Source: Rhizaria sp. SCN 62-66 (lineage: Eukaryota). Taken from it: a stretch of 54,964 bases of DNA. The stretch is taken from assembly GCA_001724265.1 (NCBI GenBank), contig MEDY01000364.1:1-54964 (forward strand), written 5' to 3'. A program made the translations under genes and the position numbers. A model generated the notes under the pieces. The model saw only the letters and a list, made by a program, of their open reading frames with translations, did no database searches and was not told the DNA's origin. How positions within the stretch are numbered: the first letter of the stretch is position 1; each line of letters begins with the position of its first letter. Below are positions 12,325 through 25,458 of this stretch, one piece after another.

Positions 12325-14499
12325 ATGCGACCCCGCACGCTAGTTCTAGCGATGCTGGTGCTCGCTCTCGCGATGATATCGCGGGATGTTGCAGCCGAGA
12401 ACCCTCGAGCTACTCTCACCCGCGCTTCTCCGCGTGTCAAACCGACAGAAGTTCCAAGCCAGCCGCTGGGTACTGTTACTAAATCCCATCCACAGCCACC
12501 CAGCCCTAATTCACTTCCTCAGAGTGAGATCACCACAAGTACGTCTTCCAAGAAGTGATCATGGCCTATGAAATATTTATCATCGCACGTGCTAAGAAAG
12601 CCTCAACCAAAGCATAAAGGCCCAACATCACGTTATGATAGGGGGTTTTGTATTCCATATATTGTTGCACGTTTTCCGTTGCATCTACTAGTATTGATAA
12701 ACTTTTGTTAACCATGCACGGTTTCTTGTAATCATTGCTTCTTTTCAATAGTGTTCACTGCTTATATGAAAAAGTACAAGAAGACCTACTCCGCCACCGC
12801 ATTTGCAGGCCGCATAGCCATGTTTCGCACGAATGTCGAATCGATGCGCACGCACAACGCCGCCGTCAAGGATGCGATCGCCCGCGCATTCGCCGATCAG
12901 AGCACGCTCGCCAAGGGCCGTGCCGCCGTCGCGGCCGCGTACCCCGACGCACTGCTGACGCTGCAGCACGTCACGCGCTTTGCGGACATGAGTCCGGCCG
13001 AGTTCAGCCGCGTGATGCTGACGGCAAAGGACGACCGGCTGGATCCCGACGACGAGGACGACTCGAAGCCGCCACCGGTGCCCGCGCACCTGGCGGCTGA
13101 GGCGAGTAAAAAAGTAATTGTTACTGAACAGCAAAAGAGCGTGGCTGCGACAAGTAAGCTAGTGACTGTGGCCGCGGCTGTCTTGAACAAATTAGGCAAT
13201 GGGAAAATGCCCGTACTGCCGCGCAAGAGTGCTAGCGCCACTATGAGCAAGCTGCCTCGTGCGATGACATCCACAGCTCTGCTTGAAACTGCGACTGCCA
13301 CGAACACCAATACAAACGCCAAGACAAAACTTGGGACTGAGGCTGTTACTAGAGTCGATGATGGCATCAATGCTAGAGTTGCTGTAGATGCAAAGGCAGA
13401 GATAGACGCTGAGCTCCCGTTTTACTACGATGACAACGGAGACCACAACCTGGGTAAACTTAACGCGACAGAGCTTGCCAATCTCCGCAGTACGCTCCCG
13501 GCCACCCTTGATTACCGCGAAACCAGGTTTGACATGCTCGGCGCGCCGCGCTCCCAGGGCAATTGCGGTGCCTGCTACGCCTTTGCATCCGCCTCCGTCG
13601 TGGCGAGTGCCATTTCTTTCAACTCCGGACCAAACTTTAAGCCGGTTTTTGAGCTGGCTCCGCAGCCACTGATGGACTGCTAGTTTTGGAACAGTGGTTG
13701 CATGGGTGGGTACAAGAGCCGCTCACTCAGCGGCATGCTGAAACGTAATCTTACGATTCGTGAAAACATGTACAAGTTTGAAAGTAAGTCCAGTAAATGC
13801 AACAAAACTATCATTGCGATCGCCAATGAGGGGGATAGCTTGTATGAAATGTACGACAACTTGCGCAAACTCCGAATTCGACCTGTTGAAACGCAGATAA
13901 TGTATGCGCTATATAAGTACGGCCCATTGGCAGTGAATATTAACGGTGATTTCTTCGCAACTTACGGTGGCGGTATCTTACGCCACCAAAGCTGCAGCAG
14001 CTCTAAACGGACAAATCACGTTGTTGTCATTGTGGGCTACACAGTTGAAACCTCCTTGCCTGGCGTGAACGAAACAGTGTGGGTGCTACGCAACAGCCAA
14101 AATAGCGATGAGGGCGAGTCCGCTAAGGGATTTCATTAGGGCTCAAAAGGGTACGCGTACTTGGAGATGACTGGCGATGGCGCCGACGGCGCGTCGCCAT
14201 GCGGGATCAAAACGAGTGTGCACGCAATTGTCCAGAAAAACCCAATTCCAGGGTCTGCATATGTGACTGGGACTGGTGCGGCAGTGCCTGCAACTGTGCT
14301 AGCGACCGCACCCGTTGTTGTACCAACAGCGGCGACTGTGACGCCGCCGCCAACGCCAACGCCGCCACTAGCCACCGCGACAGCTCCAGCAACTGCAACA
14401 ACAACTGCGACGAGCAATGACGCTATTGGGTCAGGCGGCAGCAGCGGAATCAACTTCGTGAGCGCGGCTGTGAGTACAACTGATGTTTCCAGCGTCTAA
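12325..14499 (+). CDS. Second C1A cysteine protease (tandem paralog); exons 12325-12538, 12752-14499; two in-frame TAG; ~653 aa with T/P/A-rich tail
   Basis: Signal peptide; I29-like FTAYMKKYKKTY...TRFADMSPAEF; QGNCGACYAF, TNHVVVIVGY, LRNSQ. ORF-track pieces 12751-13683, 13702-14139 and 14161-14499 share one frame, separated only by TAG at 13681 and 14137; ends in TAA. Confidence 0.85.
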
Positions 14500-15638
14500 G
14501 GTATGGGTATTAATACATACGCCGCACTTACTAGAACAGCATTTTGTATCGACACACTGAAACGATGAAATATTATTACGAGTAAGCTTAGCGCAATATC
14601 AGCCCAAGCAATTGAATAAGCAAGACATTGTTCAGCTTTACGACACTGAAAGTCAAACTCAATCTTATACTAGTACATGTACGAGTATCCTTCCCGATTA
14701 CAGCTTGCTTCGCCCCGCAGCAGGTGCAGTAAACAACACCCACGCGCCGTCACCCCAACTCCAACAGTCACAACCTCCCCCTGTCAGCCACAGTCAGGTC
14801 CTCTGCCCGTGACGCAACTCTGTGATCGCCAGCGTCACCACCCTGTTCTCAGGCTGGCTTGCGGTCTTCATGCCAAAGGGGTAGTTCCGCAGAGGATCAG
14901 ACGACGAACATCAATACTAGTAACATCGCCGCAACACATATCCGCACCAACTGTTTTCGCGCCGCGTTTTCAGTCAGGGTCGAAGGTTGCACCAATGTCA
15001 GTATCGTATCTTTGTCGCCGCAGTGTGACGTACGCCGATAAAAAAAAACACCAGCAGTGTGACATATGTAGTATGTACGTACACCGTCGCGACGGCGCTT
15101 AGGCGTGGTGCGTGGCAAAGCATCTTGGAGGATGTTTGACGGTGGTGCAGAAAAGCAACAACCAAAAAAGAGATGATGGCAAAGCCGAGAGTCGAACTCT
15201 GCCTCCTACTGTTGAGCAGCACTACCAACTTTGCAGTAGCGCCGCGTGCTCACCATTTGGCGCCAACTAAGGAAAACCATTTGGAAGCACAGTGTGATCG
15301 TCCGCTGATCCATTTGCCGCACTTGTAGGCAGTGTGACGGAAAGTTTTAGATATTCACCAGTCAGATGACTAATTAAACTCGATCAAACGCTTCGAGTCC
15401 CACATGCGGAACGTCATCGAGTTTTGTTCCGCATGCCGGCTTTTGATCGTCAAACAATTATATATTGACCCATCTGAAAGTAAATGCAGTGATAGTTTAT
15501 CCCACGTAATAACGCTTTCTGAAAAATACGTTTTTCACGCGTATGCGTACGCCTCATGCAAAGCCACATCTCTTTGTTTCTCGTTCCAGACATTCGTTCC
15601 ATTTTCTCACCTGCGGGTCTCACATCACCCAGGTCCTT

Positions 15639-16097
15639 ATGAAAGGCATAGGGTACATTCTTAACCGCCTTCGCGCTGCGCAACAGCATCGACCGCATCA
15701 GCAGTAGCTCTTAAACAACGCTGCGACAGCGGACGTATATGCTCACCAAGACTCAAACGCGGACAACCATGCATCAACAACAACAACACCAGCTGCCAAT
15801 CCAGCTGCTATAGCTGACGCAAGTTATGCAAGTATATCTAGTACAACACCAATTTGCCTTCCTATGACCCCAAGGCGTTTGAGCCACGGTGACTCCGAAC
15901 AAACACCTGGAGACGCAGTTTGCCCAACAAATAACGTCCAGTCTGTGATTCCCCTTAGCAAGCGCGCACGCAAGCACCAAGCTGCCGCCGCTGCTATAGC
16001 CGCCACCGCTGCTGCTGCTGCTGCTACTACTGTTGTTGCTGTTGCAAATACCGCTTTGTCGCTGCCGCCGTCGCCGCCGCCGCCGCCGCTGCCGCCG

Positions 16098-16134
<37 letters not shown>

Positions 16135-19100
16135 AGCCGCGGCCGCCGCCGCCGCCGCCGCACCGGCGCCTTCCTTTGGTGCGCGCCCGCGCCGCGCTGC
16201 TGGTGTCGGCGCCGATGATCAGGGCTTCGGAGAGGGCGTTCCGCGTTCTGTGCCGCGCCGCTGCTGCTGCGGCTGCTGCTGCGGCCGGCGGCAGCAGCAA
16301 CAGCGGCAAGGCCGCTAGCGGCGGCCAATGCCGCACGAGCTGCAATTGTAGCAGCGATCCCACCACCGGTGATGACGGAAGCAAGCGTCTGATCAACGCG
16401 CCGAAGAATGGCTCAACGGCCTCCACGGAAGAGTCTGCTGAAGGCTCTGCTGTGGGCTCTGCTGAGGCTTTCGCTGAAGGTTTCGCTGCCGTCGGCGTCG
16501 TGTGCGTGACGCCGATGCTGTACGCGGACGTGTATGCCGCGAGCGTCGAGTACCGCACCAAGGCGATGGAGGTGGGAATAGGGGACTTGGAGGCGAAGTA
16601 CCCGGCGTCTAAGTGCCGCCGCGAGTCTAGGTGTGCCTCGTGGGACGGCGCCTGCAAGTGCGGCCCTGCTGAGTGGTGGCGCGGCTTGTATCATCCCGAC
16701 TATGCCGTGCCTATCCATCACTCTGTTGCAACGAATGCTGCCTTTACTGCTGCCGCTACTGCTACGGCTGCTGCCGCTACTGCTGCTGTTGCTGTTGATG
16801 GTGCACATGGGGTCACTGAGCATGGCGATGATGATGATGATGATGATGATGCCGCGGTTTTGCGTCGCATTACTGAGCTCTCCCCAGTGCCAGCTTGTCT
16901 GCTTACACTCGAGGCGGACAGCCCCTTAGTGGTCCAGTTTGCTGTTCCTATTACACACAGTCTCTCATAGAACAACAAAAACAATAATAATACCAACAAC
17001 AATTGGGCGATCAACAGCAGTGATCTCGCAAACTCCCACATCGCCACAGAGAATGTGGTCACTAAGTGTGTGTGCCGATGCGACTGGGGAGACGTCTCCG
17101 CGTCGCATTGTGCGGTCCCTTTGGACTCACACCTCTTTTCTCAGTCGCAAGATTCACACTGCGACCTGGCGGCAGCCACAGCCGCGTCAGCGTCAGCCCT
17201 CCCGCGCTGCCCCTGCCGCTGCGGCTGCGGCTGCGCGTGTCCGCTGTGCTCCTCGGCCGCGCTGCTGCTGCGCGCCGCGCTCCTGGCGCAGCGGGATCCG
17301 CGCGTGGCGGCCGTGGACCTCAACTTCGGCTGCCCGCTCGAGGAGGCCCGGGCGGGGGGGTTCGGGTCCTTCCTGCTCGATACGCCTGCCGGCAGGGACA
17401 GGGTATGTGCTGCATTCCTATCCTTAACAAACAAAGATGGCAAATAGCGCTCGTATGAACATTACATGTCCTAGTATTTTCTTTATTCTCGCTTGCTAAC
17501 GTTTATTTTACTTTTTGGTTTTTTAATATCCGCTCATGTTTTTGTTTGTACTCACCGGCAGGCGGTTCGGCTCGTCAGGCTGCTGTCTGCTCGCCTGTCA
17601 GTTCCCGTCTGGGCCAAGATCAGGCTCCTGCCCACGGCCAGCGCCGCCGCGCAGACAGCAAGCGCGGCGCTGCCCACAGTCGACGCGCCAGCGCGTGCCG
17701 CCGCAGCCGCAACCGTCGCGGTCGACACTGCACGCGTGACGACTACTGACGCGTCTGCAGCCGCGGACGCTAGCATAGCCGCGGACGCCGGTGCAGCTGT
17801 GGAAGCAGGAGCTGCGCCTGCCAGTTTGGGCCTCGCGTCCCTCATTTCGCCCGGAGAGAGCTCGAGCGCCCGTTCTAGTGCTGTCTCACACTGCCCATCC
17901 TCAAGCACTGCGACACAGACGCTGGCTCAGAACAAGACCGAGATGCTTGCGCAAAGCGGTGTGCTTGCGTGTACTGTTGCCGCCACGGCGTCTCGCGTCC
18001 GATGCGCCGTTGCTTGCGTTGCCGCAGATCCTGTTCAGCGCACGCTGTTCACTGCAGAGGCGGCGCGGCTTAACTTCAAGTTCAAGAGCCCACAGGCACC
18101 CACCACAGCGACCACCAGCCCCACCGACAGCGGTGGCTTATCATTGTCGTCATCATCGACTGCTGCTGCTGCTGACTCTGGTGCTGACGCTGGCGACGGC
18201 GACGGCGCGGCGAGCTTCGGCCGCTTTCTGTTGGCGCACGCGTCGACGGCAGTGTTTGTGTCCCGTTTGGCCGAGGCGGGCGCCGCGGCGGTGACGGTCC
18301 ACGCGCGCTACAGGGACCCTGCGGTAGGGGCCAGCGCATGGGCCGCTGACGCCACTGCTTCCGCGCCTGCGACTGCAGCAGACACTGCGACTGCGCGCGC
18401 GATTGTGAACACTGCGCGTTCGATAGAGACCAAGACAGAGGCCGAGACGGGGACGGGCGCGGTCGCGCTGGCGCCATCGTCGTACCAGTCGTCGCGCCGC
18501 CGCGGCCCGGCGCTGCTGCCGCTGCTGCCGCTGCTGGCGCTGGGGGGCCTGTGCGCACTTACGCCGGCGAGCGGGGTACTTACATCGCCGTCTCAGTCTA
18601 AGGGCCTGTGCGGCAGCGATGCCAGTGACAGACTTGACAGCAGCAGCGGCGGCGACCGGGGCCCTGTGTTACTGTGTAACGGGCACGTTTCGCGCCAAAT
18701 CGACCCCTGGCTTGCGTTATCGCTGTCGGGCGCGGGGGGCGTGATGAGCGGCGAAGGGCTGCTCGCGAATCCGTCCCTGTTTGACACTACGGACGCATTT
18801 AGCTGCAATGCCAATCACAACGACTGCTGCAGTAACGATTCCAGCAGTTGTCTTGGAGGTGACGCCGCTGATTGCACCCCGAACACGTCTCACGACAGAC
18901 ACGACGGCGGCGCTCGTCGTTTGCCTCCGCTGCGGAGGCCGCTGCCTTTGTCCCGCTGCTTGCCGACCGAAGTGAACGTGAGTGAGGCCCTCGCTCTTGC
19001 CCGCGCGCGCTCAATCGAGAGCGCGAACAGATACAGCCGTGTGCAAAGCCCAGGCCACGATCGTGCTCACGCGTACTCGTCGACTGAGAGCAAGAATGAC

Positions 19101-20324
19101 AGCACGAGCTTGAACGCCAAGACAACGCCCGACAGTCCCAGTTGCGATTCATCGAGCTCTGCAGTCGCAAGTGCCGACACTGTCGAGGCGTGGTTTAACG
19201 CTCTCACAAAGAGCGCGAATGCGATCGCGAGGAGAACAAGTGGCATCGAGACTGCAAACCACAGTGGATGCAGCACGGCAATGGGTGGCGACAACGGCAT
19301 GCGTCCTTGCGGCAGTGGCGTTGGCGTTCAGGTGACGACGCCCCAGGTGAACGTCAGCCCTGCTGTTTTTCAGGGCGCCAGCACATTTGATTCGACTGCG
19401 TGGGGCGGGTGCGCTTACATGGCATACGCCGACCTTTTGGCGCGTAGCACAGCTTTGTCATCGTCGAACAAGATGTTGATGAGTGCGGTTACAGATTCGA
19501 GTGAGAATGCAGGGAGGGAGATTGTTACTGCTGCTCAATAGTATTTAGGCTCTCGCTCGCAAGCTCAGTTGCACACCGAGGCGTCCACTTCGATGTGCTT
19601 GAGCAATGCTTGCAAGAGCAGTGTTGGCGGCTGTGTAATCTGCACGATGCACTACAATCAACAAAAACAACAACAACAGCAGCACTCGTCCTCTCCGGCC
19701 CACAGTCGCCCCTCTCCGGCCCACGGTCACCCGCTGTCAGTCCGCACGCGCCACGCCCTGCTGTACCTGTCCCTGCTGCTCGCTCTGCCCAGCCCGGCGC
19801 CGCCCGCGCACTGGGCGCGCTACCACTTGCGGCACCTCCTCGCGCCCTCGCTCATGCGCTTCCAGCTCAAGGACGCGCTCGAGGACGCGCCGCCGCGCCT
19901 GGCCGCGCTTGCCGCGGTCGCGCTGCAGACGGCGGCCAGGGCGCGGCAGTTTGGCGACGCGCAGAGCGACGGCGCCAAGGAGGTCGCGCCGGTTCGCGAA
20001 AACATCGCAGGTCACGGAAACAGCAACAACTCAATGCGCGACGATGTTGATGCAACAACTCCTCACGGTACAGTTGCAAGCACCCGCGGCGGGTTTCAGT
20101 TCGACTGGGCGAGCCACGCGCGCTTCGCCGAGGCCCGCGGGCGCGTCAAGGCGGCGCGCGCGCGGGCCGAGCGCAAGGAGGTCGAGCGGGACGCGCGCTG
20201 GCTGCGCGCGCTGCGGGCGCGGGCGGTGCAGCGGGCGTTTGCCGACGACGGGGCGGGCTATGGCGCCGCTGTGTCTGCGAATGAGCAAGAGTCAGTGAGT
20301 GGCAGGAATGAGACTGCGGAGTGA
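15639..20324 (+). CDS. tRNA-dihydrouridine synthase (DUS1-like), greatly expanded; exons 15639-17402, 17562-20324; three in-frame TAG; ~1508 aa
   Basis: DUS motifs in order: SAPMIRASERAFRVLCR, VTPML, DSPLVVQF, VDLNFGCP, GGFGSFLL, VPVWAKIRL, VTVHAR, CNGHV, GVMSGEGLLANPSLF. TAG at 15705, 16968, 19539; GTATGT..CAG intron; ends in TGA. Start codon inferred. Confidence 0.82.
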
Positions 20325-20667
20325 GAGAAGTCAGAGTTATATAGTAGCAAGCGTTACGATAGATACGGAGACATTTAGCATACATACAGATTATTTATTT
20401 CGATTATTCTTTATCAAAGTGAAATTAACCAATGTTTTTGGTGTATTGCCTAATCTGGCCCTACAAATCTAACAGCGCTCCGCAGCGTGCTCAAACAAAC
20501 TACAAACAAACACGTTTGCACACACTCAGAGATCCCTACACATCTTTAATACAGTGTCACAAGTTGCAAGTTGTTTTAAATCATTGAAGATGCGCTAGTT
20601 ATGTGAGACGCCCTGCCTTGCTGGGGAGTCCATCACCAAGCTGCACGCAAGCACGCTGACTAGTTAC

Positions 20668-23056
20668 TCAGTTGATGCTGATGGTGATGGAGCCGTCGCT
20701 GCCCTCAATCGCGCCCGACGCGGCCAGGTCGCTGCCGGCGCCGCCGACGGAGCCCGCGACCGCGCCCGCGGCGTTGCGGTTACCAGCGTACTTACCCTCC
20801 TCCTGCAGCAGATCGTCTAAGTAGCTCTCGGAGTTGTGCACACAGGAGCCGCCCAGCACGACCTTGATGCCGTTGTACTCCTTGGCGCCCTTGTTGACGA
20901 CGGCCATGGCGGCCGACTCCTCGTACGTGGCGCCGCCGAGCATGTACACGTAGACGACCGAGGGCCGCGCAACAAAGTCGGCCGAGCCGCGGTCGGGGAT
21001 CGAGCCCTCGGCCAGGGGGAACTCGCGCGCGCGGAGCTTGTTTTTGGCCAGCAGCTCCACCGTCTCCGACAGCACGGGCTTGTGGCGAGTGAAGACGTTC
21101 TCGATGCCGCGCAGGTTGTTGTCGATGAGGCTGCCGACGCGGGACCACACACTCTTGTTGCCAAACAAGTCTCCGCCGCGCGCGCGCACGCCGGAGACGC
21201 GGATGATCTCCGACACGGCGCGCACGCGGGACCGATTGCGGTCGTTGCCGGCCGCCGCGGCGGTCAGGAGCTCGGTGAAGCGCTCAGTCTGGTTGCCGCG
21301 CTCGCTCTCGTAGCGCAGGGCGTAGCTAAAAAAAGCAAACGTAAATATAAATAACACAGTGGAAGGGAAACAGTGAGTAAGTTAAAGCTATTATAAAGAA
21401 AATCACGCCATACCGAGTGCACACACATTTGATAGTAAGAAAGTAGGTTCTTTGTTGGATGAGACGTACAGAAGGACGACGTTGAGCTTGTTCTTGAACT
21501 TGATCTTGGGGTCCTCGAGCAGCGCCTGGACCTGCTGCACGGCCTGGTTGTGGTTGTTGGAGCACGCGATGTCCTGCTCCAGCTCGGACACGGCCATGAG
21601 CCCGTCCTTGTTGGTAAGACGCGACAGCTCAGACAGCACGGCCATGTGCTTCGAGACGTTGCCGGAGAGGGCGCGGAACTCGGGGTACTTGTCCACGAAG
21701 TTCTGCATGTCCTCGATCGTGTCCACCTTGGCAGTCGTCTTCATCTTGGCCTACGGAGCGAAATAAAACAGGTACAACAGTTAGACGGAAAGATGTCAGA
21801 GTGAGGGGATATATGAGTCAATAGCGTTAAAACAAAACACATCATAGGGTTAGTACAAAACACACTCAAATGCAAAGTTATGCATCAAAAGAGCTTAATT
21901 GAAGCGATATCTATGCATTGAGAGATTTATGATAGCATACCTGGTAGGCCGAGACGAGGCCCTTGACGGCGGAGCCCATCTCGCCGAAGCCGTAGTGCAG
22001 CGCGTCGGCGAAGAAGCGGTCCTGGTGCGGGGACAGCACGATGTCCTGCAGCTCGGGGGCCACATTGGGCACGGAGCGCATGTCGACACGGTTGTCAACA
22101 ATGCCCAGCAGCTCGTGCACCATGGCCTAGAGAGAGAGTGAAGCAAAACGATTGGAGCAGGGATATATGTGAGTATTTCAAGATAACATAAAACATCAAG
22201 ATGAAACACCGTAAATCATGTGTAATTACTGAGATATACAGCAATGAAGTACAATATAAGTGAATTATACGATCAAACATACCTGGTACTGCCAGCACTG
22301 GAGCAGGGGCGTGACGGGGTCATCCTTGCGGTCCACGATGAGCAACAATGCGTCGCCCGAGCCCGCGGTCGCGGCGGAGGAGAAGAGCCCGTCGCTGTCC
22401 TTGATGCGGCGGCAGAGGTCGGCGCCGAACATGCGTGCGAGCTCGGAGGAGCCCGCGTAGCGCACCGCAGGGAGGCGCTTGTGCGACAGCAGCACGGCCG
22501 ACACGGCGTCCAGGTTGCGCTGCCACGCGGCCTTGTCCGAGAGACGCCAGTAGGCGCGGTTGTGGTAGAGCGAAACGGTCTGCGTCTGCGAGGCCGAGTA
22601 GAGCGCGGGGGTGATTGCGTAATAGTCGGCGAAGTACTCCTGCACCTGGCGCACGAGCTCGAACTCGGCGTCGGCCGCGGCGACGGCGCGCAGCAGGTCG
22701 GGCGAGACGATCCCCGTGAAGAAGACGTGGAACTCCTTGAAGCGCGGGCGCGCGAGCTCGGCGCAGAGCCGGTCGACGGACTCCTTGGTGGGGCGCAGGA
22801 TGATGACGGCCTTGAGGTGGCCGACCGTGCTCTTGTTGCTGCCGCCCTCGGCCTGGCGCAGCGCGGCCGCCACCGCGGGCGGCTGCAGCTTCTCGACAAG
22901 GAAAACCTCCTTGTTGATAATGTCCGTCAGAGAGCAGGCAATGCCGACCATTTTGGTACATTCGTCGTCCATGAGGAGCGCCTTCATGCCCTGGATTGTG
23001 GGCAGACCGACGATTTTCCAGATGTAGCTCTGGTAGGACTGGATGATGTCACCCAT
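20668..23056 (-). CDS. VPS45: Sec1/Munc18-family protein Vps45; exons 23056-22283, 22126-21941, 21750-21470, 21325-20668; ~632 aa
   Basis: GMKALLMDDEC, KEVFLVEKL, HLKAVIILRPT, VRQVQEYFADY, LLIVDRKDDPVTPLL, YQAMVHELLGI, IEDMQNFVDKYPEFRALSGNVSKH, LYALRYE, ENVFTRHKP, LGGATYEES; canonical introns; ends in TGA. Confidence 0.93.
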
Positions 23057-24016
23057 GTCGCTGCGAAACAAGGCCGTGGGGGCACAATAGAGAGACGGGT
23101 TAAAGACGCTAAGTGAGATAAGAGCAAAGTCAAGAGCATGGTCAGGTGCGTTTCAGTGTAGAAAGTGCATGGAAGTGGAGATGTGGTGGGAAAGCAGTTG
23201 GGAGAGGGTTGTTTAAGGTTGGGTGAACCAGGAATCATATTAGCGGTTTTGGCCGTATTTTACTCAAGCTGGCGCAGTGGAAATTTATGACCAACAATTC
23301 CCGCTTCATAAAACCCCAGTCATCGTGCCACAAAACAGAAACACGGAAAGATCACCCCACATCTCCCTCGCCTTTATCGCCTCAACACACCATAAGTCAC
23401 AAATCAACCACAAGATCACTATGGCAGACGTCGGTCGGTCACCAGTCAGTCGTCGTTGGTGGTTGTTGGTTCGCAAAAACAGACCGCCCACGGTCGGGTG
23501 CTCACGGTCACCCGCCAGTTTTTGCGGCTTCACTTAAGCGGAGTGCGTCGAGGGAATTCTTTCGACGGGTGTTTGCGGCTCTCAAAGCGGGTGATTGCGT
23601 TTGTGGAATATCAAACACACATCTCGTTTACTTAGTATATACTACAATGCAATTGTGGTGCCTACTGTCGGACCTGTCTGTCGCTGGCGGCTGTGCGAAT
23701 ACGGCCGCTGGCGCTGAGGACTGGGCAACTCACTCTCGCCCTCTGCTCGACCTTCCCGCACGACTCCCCCGGCTCCCCAATGCGTCTGCTGTCACCCGCA
23801 ATGCTTTGACCACGATCTATTCTATCATACTACATCTCTCATGACTCTCCTCAACGTGCCAGGTCTCACCATTCCTCTCCGCTCGCTCTTTCCCTACTTG
23901 TGTCTCGTCCTCTCTCTTGTTCTGCTCCCACGCCCACTTCTGCTCCTGCCCTTGCCTCCGCCCTTCTCTGTCTCTCTGCGCACCTGTGCCTCTCTCAACT
24001 TCCTATCTCCAGGCCA

Positions 24017-24261
24017 ATGACTAAGGCTGAGGCTCTCAAGGCCCCTACCGGCATCTCCCGCGGTCTCAACAAGGGCTTCGTGGTCTCCAAGATCGCTGCC
24101 AAGAAGACCCCCGTCTCCCAGAAGGGCCGCAAGACCCGCTACAACACCATTGTCCGCTCCGTTGTTCGCGACACCGTTGGCTTCACCACCTACGAGCGCC
24201 GCATCATGGAGATGCTCGTAAGGTCGCCGAGATGGACGGCGTCCTCGCCCGTGCCAAGTAA
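24017..24261 (+). pseudogene. RPL36: 60S ribosomal protein L36 (eL36) with internal deletion and frameshift (pseudogene, or assembly artefact)
   Basis: MTKAEALKAPTGISRGLNKGFVVSK...VRSVVRDTVGFTTYERRIMEML (24017-24217) is followed after 2 nt by the C-terminal KVAEMDGVLARAK-TAA (24220-24261) in another frame. The conserved KRAxKFAKKRLGTxxRAK segment is absent. Confidence 0.7.
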
Positions 24262-24823
24262 ATAACACTTCGACACAATAAACACACCTCATTGAGCCTT
24301 CATGCCCCTATCCAAGCTTCTTATATTCCGTGAAATGACCCATCTGTTTGACTCGCCTCGCTCTCATGTTGACTTCTTGACCCCAGTTTGCTGCCAGGAA
24401 GCACAGCAACTGACCTCAGCATGTGAATCATTCCAAGTCACAGCGTAATGGGACAGTTATATGACAGCAACGCGTTGTGAGGCATGTTATATGATCTATG
24501 TTTATATGGGTTTATTGTGATTCCGCGATTACACGATGTTATTAAGAGCTTTGTATTGATGATTTAATGCATTCTCCCAGACAAGCTCTGGCCTGCATAC
24601 GCACTTGTAACACGATATACAGCGTGAATTTCGCGAATTGGCCTCACAAAACCACTTGAATTACCGATAGTAACAACGAATGCACAATTTAAACACTCAC
24701 AGTGTTGCACTGCAGATGTTTCACGTTCGTACAAAAAGTGGTTGTCATCGGAGCAGTTTGCGTGACGAGGGTGTTTTAGCGTACTCTCAGCCGCGTTGCT
24801 GAGGCGGGTCTATAGCTGCGCAC

Positions 24824-25458
24824 TCACTGGCCCTCGGCGCCGGTGACGTAGAGAACGTTGTTGCAGCGGATGAGGGTCTGGCCCAGCTCGGCCTGCATCT
24901 TGCCGTTGCTCCACTCCTCGGTGGCGTTGAGGTACAGGTTCATGTAGGGGTCGATCGAGACCAGGAAGCCTGGGGAGAAAAACAAAGGGTACAATCAACA
25001 CAATACAAAGAACAGGTTAGAAATAATACATAAAACACAATATACATATAGTATCAACGATTTGGCTTTACATGAGTTCATCTAGGCAACTTCAGTTCAT
25101 TATGATGTCAAGATGAAGTGACGCGAAAGCAAGTGTTTGCGGCATCGTGTTACTGCAGCTGTGGCTGCTTAGGAACGTACCGCGGTACTCCATGCCCCAC
25201 TTAAGCTTAACAACGGTGGCCTTGCCGACCAGGCTAGCCAGGAAAGGCTTGGGGTTCACGAGCGGAGGGGCCTACAGAGACAGACAGGTCAACACAGAAC
25301 CAAGAGAAGTTGCAAAGATGAGCTGGCGCGTTTTTAAAAGTTCACAGGAAATATCGAGCGGCGCTAAGGTTTAACACCACACAATAATTATTACACATAT
25401 GTTTCAATCCATTAGGGTCACTTAATTGTTGTGGGACGCGATAAAGACGTACGTCCAT
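24824..25458 (-). CDS. SNRPF: Small nuclear ribonucleoprotein F (SmF); exons 25458-25453, 25271-25181, 24969-24824; 80 aa
   Basis: Spliced translation [80 protein letters not shown]; two GTACGT..AG introns; ends in TGA. The 6-nt first coding exon is inferred. Confidence 0.92.

Noticed and set aside
21751-22129. Apparent TAG codons in Vps45 and at other exon starts
   Set aside because: These are intron 3' acceptor TAGs (ccgtag, ctctag), not codons.
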